Shown piece by piece: positions 31,791 to 40,470 of a stretch of 64,000 nucleotides of DNA; positions within the stretch are counted from its first letter, which is position 1, and each line of letters opens with the position of its first letter. The notes under the pieces are model-generated. The model saw nothing but the letters and a program-made list of their open reading frames with translations. It did no database searches and was not told where the DNA came from. The stretch is from contig CAWDDT010000004.1 of NCBI GenBank assembly GCA_963801165.1, positions 736,001 to 800,000 on the forward strand, read 5' to 3'. Origin of the DNA: an uncultured bacterium (GTDB lineage: Bacteria; Actinomycetota; Acidimicrobiia; Spongiisociales; UBA5794). The position numbers and the translations under genes were made by a program.

Positions 31791-32170
31791 GCTGCTGCCC
31801 CTTCTCTGCGACCCCGATAGCCACCCCCGATAGACGCGACCGGATTGGCCCGTACCCGACGCACCGAATCGTGAGTAGTAGCCGACATAGCTGCACTACG
31901 CAAGAGCCATGATCGGCGTTGGTCTAGGAGGTCGCTGATTAGTCGCGGTGAAGGCTCCCAGGGCCCCGAGAAATGGGTGTTGTCGAGCTTGCCATGAGCC
32001 TGAGCCCGGATTCTGCAACGGTCTCCTGGGACTGCGAGGGGGACGCTGGCCCGGGATGTCTGCTTCACGAGTTCTGTCCCAGGGCCTGCGATGTGACTTT
32101 CGGCCCGTCCCATCTCGGTTCCGATCCAATATCCTGGAGAGCGACGGTACGGCAAGTAGTGGAGGTTGAC

Positions 32171-32338
32171 ATGCTGAACCCCGGTACCAGGGTTCGGAGG
32201 ATCACGAAGAAGGTTGGCCAGGCCGCCCCCGAGGGCAAGATCGTGGGCAAGAGCGGCCACGCCTACGAGGTCGAGTGGGACGACGGTCACACCACGATCA
32301 CCGATCCGGTAAGTGTCGTCAAGGTCAAGAGCAAGTAG
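32171..32338 (+). CDS. Small basic SH3/KOW-like protein (DUF1918-like)
   Basis: GGAGG RBS; KVGQAAPEGKIV..YEVEWDDGH. Confidence 0.65.
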   Translation: MLNPGTRVRRITKKVGQAAPEGKIVGKSGHAYEVEWDDGHTTITDPVSVVKVKSK

Positions 32339-32405
32339 CTCCAAACGCTTCTAATCGTCGGGTGTCCGCCGACAGGAAGGCCACAGCAACCTCAATGGAG
32401 AAGCT

Positions 32406-32840
32406 GTGGCACACAGAGTTGGTACGCTCGATATTGGAGTGGTCCAGCAGGCCGAGCCGCCCTGGGCCAACTCCACAGAAGAGCACTTCGCCTCGCTCCT
32501 GGACAGCTACGGGATCGAGTGGATGCACGAACCGCACAGCTTTCCGATCGGCTTCGACGAGTACGGTCACCCCACCGAGTTCTTCACACCGGACTTCTAT
32601 CTCCCGGAGACCGACGAGTACATCGAACTGACGGTCCTCAAGCAGGACCTGGTCACCAGGAAGAACCGCAAGCTGCGGCTTCTGGAGCGCTACCACCCCG
32701 AGGTCCATTGCCGGATCATCTACCGGCGTGACTATGAGAACCTTGCGCTCAAGTACGGCTGGCACGACGATGAGGAGTTTCCACAACTCGGGGTGCCGCC
32801 GCGGCAGCCGGGGCCGCCCCATGTCCAGATAGCCAGCTGA
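32406..32840 (+). CDS. PD-(D/E)XK-like nuclease-fold protein
   Basis: W.HEP..F, FTPDFYLP..YIELT.LKQ..TRKNRK. Confidence 0.65.
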   Translation: MAHRVGTLDIGVVQQAEPPWANSTEEHFASLLDSYGIEWMHEPHSFPIGFDEYGHPTEFFTPDFYLPETDEYIELTVLKQDLVTRKNRKLRLLERYHPEVHCRIIYRRDYENLALKYGWHDDEEFPQLGVPPRQPGPPHVQIAS

Positions 32841-32847
32841 GTCGACG

Positions 32848-35334
32848 CTACGGCTTGCTCAGCGAGCCCTTCAGGTCGTTGCCATAGCCATGCCAGGCCG
32901 CCCAGTCATATTCGGCTCCGGCGTTCCACACCCAGTAGCTGCCCCCGGTATCGGTGTACCGGTAATCGTTTCCGTCGATGTGAGCCGTATCTATGGCGTT
33001 GGGTGACGCGCTATTCGCCACGACTCCGGTGTTCCCTGAGTTGGTGATCGTGTTCCCCGTGATCTCGGCGTTGTCTACATTCACCGTGTAGCCGATGACG
33101 ACCACGCCGTTGTGATTGTCGGTGATCACGTTGTTGGTGACTGTGGCGTTCGGCCCGGTGATCTGAATCGCCCCGTTGTAGAACTTGCGGGCCCCATCCG
33201 TGTCTGTCGGCGCCTTGCTCCCGTTGCGGTTGAACACATTGGAGTCGATGGTGACGGCACCGCTCTGATCGTGGCTGAGCCCGGCCCAGTAGTTGTCTTC
33301 CACGACGTTGTCCTGATACGTGGTCCCATTCTTGCTCTGGTACGTCCAGAGCCCGTACCCGCTGTTGTGATGGACGAAATTGTTGCTGACCACGACGTCC
33401 TGGGCGTCGATGATCTTCACTCCGGCGTAGTAGTCACCGACGCTGGAGTCGTAGTTGTTGTAGGCCACCTCGTTGCCGTCGAGAAGTGCGCCCGAGCCCC
33501 CATTGACCACGATGCCCAGATCCTTGTTGTGGTGCACATTGCAGTTCGAGATCGTCGAGGACCCGACGATGGAGATGCCGGCGTTCGTGTTGTGATGCAC
33601 CTCGCAATCACTGATCGTCCAGCCGGTCCCTTCTGCATCAACCGCACCCTTGTTGTGGGCAGTCAGATAGTTGCGAATCTCTATGTTGCTAACCGTCACA
33701 TTGGTGGCGCTACCGGAGAAGGCGTAGATCATCGTGTTGAGACCGTCCATCACGGCACCGTCCTCACCGATGAATCTCTGCCCGGACTTCGGCACGACGG
33801 ATTGGCGTAAATGTGTCCCGGCTTCGATCAGTATCTTCGCCCCCGCCGGCTGGGAGTCGGCGACTTCCTGGATCGACCACCCGACCGGAACCACTGCGTC
33901 GAATCCGGCAGGGACCGCGGGTGGGGTGTACCCCGGTTCGGGCTCGGGCGGCGCCGGGAGACTGAGTCCCCGGCTCAAGAAAGACGCCATCTCCCCTCTG
34001 GTGACCCGGCTGAACGGGCAGAAGTTCGTATTCGCCGGCGGGTTGCATCCCGACGTGATCCCCGACGCCGCGAGACGGTCGATGGCGGATTCAAAGATCG
34101 AGTTGTCGTCGTCGTTGAAGCGGTCGGGTGGCGCCGCCGGGAGATCGAGCGCCCGATCGAGGAAGGCCGCCATCTGGCCGCGGGTGACGTAGTCGCCGGG
34201 ACAGAAACTGCTCGTGCCACAGCCTTTGGTGATCCCCGAGGCGGCCAGGGCGTTGATGTTGGCCTCGAAGACACTCCCATCGTCGTCCGTGAAGTAGTCC
34301 GTCGACGAGTTGGGAAGGCTCAGCGCACGCACCAGAAACGCCGCCATCTGGCCGCGGGTCACCGAGTCGTCGGGGCAGTAGAGGTCGTTGAGCGGTGGAT
34401 TGCAGCCCTTCGTGATCTCGGCATATGACAGCTTCTCGATATTTGCTTTGTGCACGGATCCGCCGATGTCCCGGAAACCACCGACGGGGGCATCGCCACA
34501 CCCGATCCGTTCGCCGCTCAGCGCCAGCGAATCGAAATCGAACGACAGGCTCGCCGGCGCCGTTTCGGTCCCGCCGTAGTAGGTGTCGAACCAGAAGCTC
34601 TTGACGTTGATGCCGGTGTCATTGGTCCCGCGGAACTTGAAGTTGTCCTGGTAGAAGGCGAGTTGCTCGTCCACCCATCCTTCGAGAAGCCCGTCGGCCT
34701 TGCCCGGGGTGTTCATGGCGACGTGACCCTCGACGCAATACCAGGCGCCGTGGCGCAGGGTTCCCGTCTGGGTGTCCCACAAATCGAGGTCGCCATTGTC
34801 GGCTGCCTGGTTGCGGTGGTAGACGTAGAAGCCGAGCTGGGTGTAGTCGTTGCCGCGGTCGTCGCTGGTGGGGGAGAAGAACATCCTGGCGGACCAGCCT
34901 GGTGAGGAGTCGGTCGGTTTGATGTTGTTCCGAGCCGATCCGGAGTACAGCCCTGCCGGGCCCGGCAGTTTGCCGCGGTCGGCTGTGGTGACACCGTCCG
35001 GGATGCGCAGGTAGTAGCGGTAATACAACTCGTCCGGCTCGGTGATGCCCTGGTCCTTGAACTGCCAGTGCAATACCGACCCGTAGTGGGAACCGGCCGG
35101 GATCGACACCTTGATTCCCTGGCCGTCGCTCCCGTCACCGATCGTTGTGATCCGGTTGCGGCCCCCGATGTCGGCGTCGAACCAGGTATCGGCCAGGGCG
35201 GAGGGGCTGCCCGCAAATGACTCATCCAGGTACACGGTCGCAGCGGCCCGCGCCGAAGTCGTGCCGGTCGACAGAGCGCCGAGCACGACGAGCAAAGAGA
35301 TGAACAGGGTCAATAGTGTCTTGCGCATAGTCAT
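32848..35334 (-). CDS. Secreted polysaccharide lyase-like (PL14-type) domain, 3 SLH-like repeats and a right-handed beta-helix
   Basis: GKLPG, GWSARMFF, YVYH, MNTPG..DG..WVD, YYGG; TRGQMAAFL repeats; VHHN-type PbH1 repeats. Confidence 0.78.
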   Translation of the reverse strand: MTMRKTLLTLFISLLVVLGALSTGTTSARAAATVYLDESFAGSPSALADTWFDADIGGRNRITTIGDGSDGQGIKVSIPAGSHYGSVLHWQFKDQGITEPDELYYRYYLRIPDGVTTADRGKLPGPAGLYSGSARNNIKPTDSSPGWSARMFFSPTSDDRGNDYTQLGFYVYHRNQAADNGDLDLWDTQTGTLRHGAWYCVEGHVAMNTPGKADGLLEGWVDEQLAFYQDNFKFRGTNDTGINVKSFWFDTYYGGTETAPASLSFDFDSLALSGERIGCGDAPVGGFRDIGGSVHKANIEKLSYAEITKGCNPPLNDLYCPDDSVTRGQMAAFLVRALSLPNSSTDYFTDDDGSVFEANINALAASGITKGCGTSSFCPGDYVTRGQMAAFLDRALDLPAAPPDRFNDDDNSIFESAIDRLAASGITSGCNPPANTNFCPFSRVTRGEMASFLSRGLSLPAPPEPEPGYTPPAVPAGFDAVVPVGWSIQEVADSQPAGAKILIEAGTHLRQSVVPKSGQRFIGEDGAVMDGLNTMIYAFSGSATNVTVSNIEIRNYLTAHNKGAVDAEGTGWTISDCEVHHNTNAGISIVGSSTISNCNVHHNKDLGIVVNGGSGALLDGNEVAYNNYDSSVGDYYAGVKIIDAQDVVVSNNFVHHNSGYGLWTYQSKNGTTYQDNVVEDNYWAGLSHDQSGAVTIDSNVFNRNGSKAPTDTDGARKFYNGAIQITGPNATVTNNVITDNHNGVVVIGYTVNVDNAEITGNTITNSGNTGVVANSASPNAIDTAHIDGNDYRYTDTGGSYWVWNAGAEYDWAAWHGYGNDLKGSLSKP

Positions 35335-35378
35335 TTGGATCAGAGCTATTTGGATCAGAGTTATTTGGATCCGAGAGC
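35333..35378. repeat. 15-bp tandem repeat ATTTGGATCAGAG(C/T)T, 3 copies, overlapping the ATG at 35334
   Basis: Units at 35333-35347, 35348-35362 and 35363-35378. Confidence 0.88.
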
Positions 35379-35609
35379 GTGTTTGATCGGCAGTATGGGG
35401 TGGGTCCTGTAGCTATCGGAAACAAAACCGCGATTTGGGCCCTTTGGTTTTCGGTTCTGCTGCCGATGATTCACGAGACACGCTGGATAGCAGCAGCTAC
35501 CGTTCTTTGCTGCGGGCGGGACGGGCGATATTAGGCGTGTCTATTACCTGCCGAGGGGATCCGTGATCGGATTCAGCTCCCAGGAGACCAGACGACTCGG
35601 GAGAAGACA

Positions 35610-37637
35610 ATGAACTTGAAGAGAATGGTGGCCCTGCTTGCCGCTGTCGTGCTTGCCCTGGCAGGCTGCAGCGGGAGCGAGGGTGACACGGAGACGACGA
35701 CCGGGGACACGACTGCAACCTCGGCTGCGGAAACCACGACCAGCACCGCCGATGTCGCAAGCGGAGCGGTGAGCAATCTCGCGGATGTTCAGGGAGCAGT
35801 TGTTCGGATCGTTGCCGAGGGCAGCTTCGTCGATCCTCAGTACGGCCAGCAGTACAACTCTGCCGGTTCAGGCAGCGGCTTCTTCATCAGCCCCGATGGC
35901 ATCGCGGTGACCAACAACCATGTGGTTACCGGTGCGGCATTTCTCCAGGTATACGTCGACGGTGAAGACCAGCCGCGCAACGCCAAGGTTCTTGGTGTCT
36001 CCGAATGCTCGGATCTCGCGGTGATCGATGTCGACGGCGGCGGGTACCCGTACCTCGATTGGTATGACGGTGACCTGAAGGTTGGCACCACGATCTACGC
36101 CGCCGGTTTCCCGCTCGGTGTCAAGGAGTACACCCTGCTTGATGGGATCATCTCGAAGGCGGAGGCGGATGGCGAGTCGGACTGGTCATCGGTCGACAGC
36201 GTCATCGAGCATTCTGCCGACACCCTGCCCGGCAACTCCGGCGGCCCAATCGTCACCGAGGACGGCCAGGTCCTGGCCATCAACTACGCCGGTGACAGCG
36301 TCGGCCAGTCGTATGGCATCGGTCGCGATGAGGCCCTCAAGGTGCTGCCTACGTTGATGGGGGGCGAGGATGTCACGTCGATCGGGATCAACGGGCTCGC
36401 CATCAACGACGGCTCGATCTCGGGGATCTGGGTCAGCTCGGTGGCCTCGGGAAGCCCGGCAGACCTGGGTGGGATCGAGGCCGGCGACGTCGTGACCCTT
36501 ATCGAGGGTCTGATCCCGGCAACCGACGGCACGATGGCCGACTACTGCGATGTGCTCCGGTCTCATGATCTCACCGACCCGCTCGGTGTCGAGGTGTACC
36601 GGCCGTCCGACAGCGTCTTCATGGAGGGAACCCTCAACACCGGCAAGGTGCTCGAGGTCTCCGCCTCGTTTGAGTCGCAACTCGGCGGCGAGGTCGTTGA
36701 CCCGGGGACAGACGTCACCGGGTACGACTCATATGTGACCCTGGCCGACGCTCAGGGCATCCTCACCGTCGATGTACCGCAGGCGTGGAGCGATGTCGAT
36801 ACCGAGAGCCTGTGGGGCGATGGCGAGACCGCCTACGGTGTCGGCATCTGGGCATCGACCGACTACACGGCGTGGAACACCGGTTGGGACGCACCAGGGA
36901 TGTTCTTCGGCGCATCGGCGACGCTGGCGGCGTCTGAGTCGGTCAGCTCGCTCATCGATCAGCACGACTACAGCGACGAATGCGCGTACGACGCCAGGTA
37001 CGACTACACAGACAACCTCTATACCGGCGTCTATGACGTGTGGACCAACTGTGGCGGGACCGACACGCTGTTCATCGACCTCGCCGCCGAAACGGCAGGG
37101 TCCGAGGCGCTGATGAATGTACAGGTCGTTGTCGTGACCGATGCCGACCTCGAGGCGCTCGACAATGTCCTCAACACCTTCGTTGTCGACGAGGTAGCGC
37201 TTGGCTCGTTCTCCGGCTCGATGAACGCCTCATCAAGCGGGTCGACCGATACGAGCAGCGAGATCGTCTCGTTCGAGACCCTTATGGACGGCGAATGTTT
37301 CAACCCATACGACAAGGCGTTTGAAGACACCACCTACACCGTGCAGGTGGAGTTGGTGGACTGTGACAGCCCGCACACGGCGGAGGTCTACGGCAACTAC
37401 TTCTTCTCCCAGACGGAGTTTCCGGGCGATGACGAGGTCCAGTCGACGGCAGACGATCAGTGCTACAACCAGTTCGCCGATTATGTCGGCAACAGCTACG
37501 ACGACTCATCTCTGGACTTCTGGTACTACTACCCGAACCAGAGCGGGTGGGACTCCGGTTTCGGGTGGACAATGTGTGCGTTGGTCGACTACGGCGGCGG
37601 TGATCTGGTAGGCAGCGCCTGGCAGTCTGGGTGGTAG
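35610..37637 (+). CDS. Lipoprotein trypsin-like (HtrA/S1C) serine protease with PDZ and C-terminal septum-formation-like domain
   Basis: LAGC lipobox; TNNHV, SDLA and GNSGG triad; VDCDSPHTAEVY..FPG..C motif. Confidence 0.85.
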   Translation: MNLKRMVALLAAVVLALAGCSGSEGDTETTTGDTTATSAAETTTSTADVASGAVSNLADVQGAVVRIVAEGSFVDPQYGQQYNSAGSGSGFFISPDGIAVTNNHVVTGAAFLQVYVDGEDQPRNAKVLGVSECSDLAVIDVDGGGYPYLDWYDGDLKVGTTIYAAGFPLGVKEYTLLDGIISKAEADGESDWSSVDSVIEHSADTLPGNSGGPIVTEDGQVLAINYAGDSVGQSYGIGRDEALKVLPTLMGGEDVTSIGINGLAINDGSISGIWVSSVASGSPADLGGIEAGDVVTLIEGLIPATDGTMADYCDVLRSHDLTDPLGVEVYRPSDSVFMEGTLNTGKVLEVSASFESQLGGEVVDPGTDVTGYDSYVTLADAQGILTVDVPQAWSDVDTESLWGDGETAYGVGIWASTDYTAWNTGWDAPGMFFGASATLAASESVSSLIDQHDYSDECAYDARYDYTDNLYTGVYDVWTNCGGTDTLFIDLAAETAGSEALMNVQVVVVTDADLEALDNVLNTFVVDEVALGSFSGSMNASSSGSTDTSSEIVSFETLMDGECFNPYDKAFEDTTYTVQVELVDCDSPHTAEVYGNYFFSQTEFPGDDEVQSTADDQCYNQFADYVGNSYDDSSLDFWYYYPNQSGWDSGFGWTMCALVDYGGGDLVGSAWQSGW

Positions 37638-38005
37638 TAAACATCCTTCCTGAACCCTGGATCGAGCGGGTGATCCGCAAGGCCCAGGACGAGGGGAAGC
37701 TGGACGTAACCGGGAGTGCGGGCCGGCCGATACCCGGCCTGGCCCGCCCCTACGACCCCGCCTGGTGGGCGCGCAAGTGGATGACCGCCGAGCGAGCCCG
37801 TGCGCTATCCACCGAGGTGGCTCGCTCGATCGAGCATGCTCTACCGCGTGTCCTCGCCAGAGAGACGCTCCCCGAGATCCGCCAGGGCCTCGAGACGCTG
37901 AACGCGAGCATCGAGCAGCACAATGGGTGTAACCCGGATCATTCACTGCCACTCCTCGACGTAGGACAACTCATCGCCAGGCGAGCAACACGCCGCCACG
38001 TCTGA
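37631..38005 (+). CDS. DUF1992 domain protein
   Basis: WIERVIRKAQDEG..G.GRPIPGL...DPAWW. Confidence 0.75.
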   Translation: MVVNILPEPWIERVIRKAQDEGKLDVTGSAGRPIPGLARPYDPAWWARKWMTAERARALSTEVARSIEHALPRVLARETLPEIRQGLETLNASIEQHNGCNPDHSLPLLDVGQLIARRATRRHV

Positions 38006-38143
38006 CCGGCCGGTCGATTCGAACCTCAGTGGACGTGTGGCAGCGACGGGGGGAGGGGCAAAACCAACGGCGACTACCGCTCGTCCTGCCCCGGTTCGTC
38101 CGGGCTACGCCCGGCCGATCCCTCCGAATCTTCAATCCACGGT

Positions 38144-38261
38144 TGCCTTCATCGCCTTCGCTTTGCCGACGTCGGCGACGCTGACGTCACCTCTCCAGGG
38201 AGAAGGAATTCATCCCCTCCGGGAGGATCGACCGGCCCGGAGGGCCAGGTCGAGGAGGGCT
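38144..38261 (-). repeat. Diverged inverted copy of the secA-downstream palindrome family
   Basis: Reverse complement GCCCTCCTCGACCTGGCCCTCCGGGCCGGTCGATCCTCCCGGAGGGGATGAAT, followed by a degenerate partner hairpin; lies between convergent genes. Confidence 0.8.
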
Positions 38262-38393
38262 TTGCGAACGGGTCGAGATTCATGGCAAGAGCGCAACCCG
38301 GATCGCCCAGAAGGCTGATGAAATAGACCTCTTCACCACCCGGGACGCCCAAACCGTGAGAACGCCGCGACCCGGGATGGTCGCAGACGATAG

Positions 38394-40199
38394 CTATCCG
38401 TCGAGGGCTCGTTCCAGGAAGGCGGCCATCTGCTCTCTGGTCACGCGGTCCCGAGGGCAAAACAGGTCGTTGGCCGGTGGGTTGCAGCCCTTGGTGATGC
38501 CTGCGGTGGCGAGCTTGTTTATGGAATCGACGAAGACCGACCCGGCAACGTCCTTGAACTGGACGCCAGCATCCTGCTCGGACAGGGCGAGGGCTCGTAC
38601 GAGGAACGCCGCCATCTGCTCTCTGGTCACGTAGTCGTTGGGGCAGAACTCGTCGTTTAAGGGCGGGTTGCAGCCCTTGGTGACCCCGGCCGTCGCCAGA
38701 CGGTCGATCGAATCCTCGAACACGGAGCCGTCGTCATCGGTGAACAGGTTGCCATCGCCGTCGTCGGTGTAACCAAGGGCTCGCACCAGGAACGCCGCCA
38801 TCTGACCCCTCGTCACGTAGTCGGTAGGGCAGAAACTCGTGTCGCCGCATCCCTTGGTTATCCCGGATTCGGCAAGCCACAGGATGTTGTCGAGAAAAAC
38901 CGAGTCGGCGATGTCGTCGAAACCGATGAGCTGGATCTGGAAGCCGTCCGCTGTCTCCCCGAGCACCTTCAGCACTGCTCCCTGGGCGAGGAGGTCCTCT
39001 CCCTGATCGAGATCGAGCTGCAATTGCTCACCAACCGCAGTGACGTGATCGAGCGTATGCGGCGCCGGGGGATAGGTGTAGACCCGCGACGTCGCCCCTC
39101 CGAGCGGTTTTATGACGTCGTCGGCCGGGTCACGCCACCACTGCTCGATGTAGTGAGATGTGATCCCCTGGAAGCTGTCCGGGATGCGGTCGATATCGGA
39201 GCTGATCCGGGCGTCGAGGGTGACCAGCGAATACTGGTATCCGGTGGGGAGGATCACCATCTGGATTCCGTCGACCCCTACGGGGGCGATCGTCAGATCG
39301 ACGACGCCGCCCGTGTAGAAGACGACATCCGATGGGTCTATCCACCCGGCGCGATACCGGTTGAAAGCCAGCGTCGAGTACGGGTACTCCACCCGCCGCC
39401 CGAGCAGGCTGGCCGGGTCGTTGCCGCTCATGTAGTCGATGGGATTATCGTATTCGTCGATGTAGGTGTTGCCCGATCCGTCGGTGAGCACCTCGCCGGA
39501 ATAGGAGTGGGGGAAGCTGATCATGTGGCCGACCTCGTGGGCTGCCGTGGTGATATGCGGGTCGTATCCAAAGAACGACTTCACCGATTCCCCCTCGATC
39601 ACCGCCCACCGGCCGTTGCCGGGAAACGTCGTGTCGGCCGGGTTGGCGCAGTTGTAGCAGTACGTGCCGGGCGTCCCCTGACCCTCGTTCGACGTGTTGT
39701 CGAGGATGCCGAGGGCCCCTTCGTCGCTCCACAACGGGTTGGCCTGTTCGCGCATAGCGTTCTCGCAGTCGCTCCACACCGACTGGGCGTCATCGAGGGT
39801 GAGGGTCTTCCGGGAGATGAACTGCGGCGTGTACAAACCACCCGATATCCCGTCGTAGAAGGGGACGACCTGGTTGTTGAGAACCTGGGTGGCGCTGGCC
39901 AGGTTGATCCCGGCAGTCGCACCGGGCCAGGTGCACACGTACACCCCTATCTGGTCGGTTCCCAGCGAGTAGCGTTTGGTGTCGTTGGGCCACACGATGA
40001 TCTGCAGCTTGTCGCCGGAGTACTCGGTGAGCGCCGATAGTGAGATCGGTCCGCTGTCGTAGGCGGGGGCGACGACGTCGTCCTCGAGCGGGGCGGCCGT
40101 GTTGCCGGCGAACGAGTTTGGTCCGCTCGCGGCGCCGGCCGGCACACCCGCCAGCACTGGTGCCAGTGCGACGACGGCGATAGCGATAATCCTGCGCAT
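38394..40199 (-). CDS. Secreted zinc metalloprotease with 3 C-terminal SLH-like repeats
   Basis: Signal peptide; HEVGHMISFPH, Met-turn DYMS; TRGQMAAFL/TREQMAAFL. Confidence 0.82.
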   Translation of the reverse strand: MRRIIAIAVVALAPVLAGVPAGAASGPNSFAGNTAAPLEDDVVAPAYDSGPISLSALTEYSGDKLQIIVWPNDTKRYSLGTDQIGVYVCTWPGATAGINLASATQVLNNQVVPFYDGISGGLYTPQFISRKTLTLDDAQSVWSDCENAMREQANPLWSDEGALGILDNTSNEGQGTPGTYCYNCANPADTTFPGNGRWAVIEGESVKSFFGYDPHITTAAHEVGHMISFPHSYSGEVLTDGSGNTYIDEYDNPIDYMSGNDPASLLGRRVEYPYSTLAFNRYRAGWIDPSDVVFYTGGVVDLTIAPVGVDGIQMVILPTGYQYSLVTLDARISSDIDRIPDSFQGITSHYIEQWWRDPADDVIKPLGGATSRVYTYPPAPHTLDHVTAVGEQLQLDLDQGEDLLAQGAVLKVLGETADGFQIQLIGFDDIADSVFLDNILWLAESGITKGCGDTSFCPTDYVTRGQMAAFLVRALGYTDDGDGNLFTDDDGSVFEDSIDRLATAGVTKGCNPPLNDEFCPNDYVTREQMAAFLVRALALSEQDAGVQFKDVAGSVFVDSINKLATAGITKGCNPPANDLFCPRDRVTREQMAAFLERALDG

Positions 40200-40470
40200 A
40201 TCCGGTAGAGACCTCCGATGGGGAACTCTATCGGGCATCGGCGTTTGTGCACCCGGACTTGACAAGATGCCTGAGCCTGAATCCACGGTTGCGGCTTGTC
40301 GGATCGGTCGATTGTTCCGCCAATACGGGTCATTTGACCGTCTTCACGCTTTCGGTGGACGAGCCAGTAGCGCGAGGCTCCGAGGTCATTGCCGAATCGA
40401 GCGATTCTTCCTCCCGAATCCGTGGATCCAGGCTATGGGAAGAACGGGCTCATGGTTGCCGCAGGTCGAG

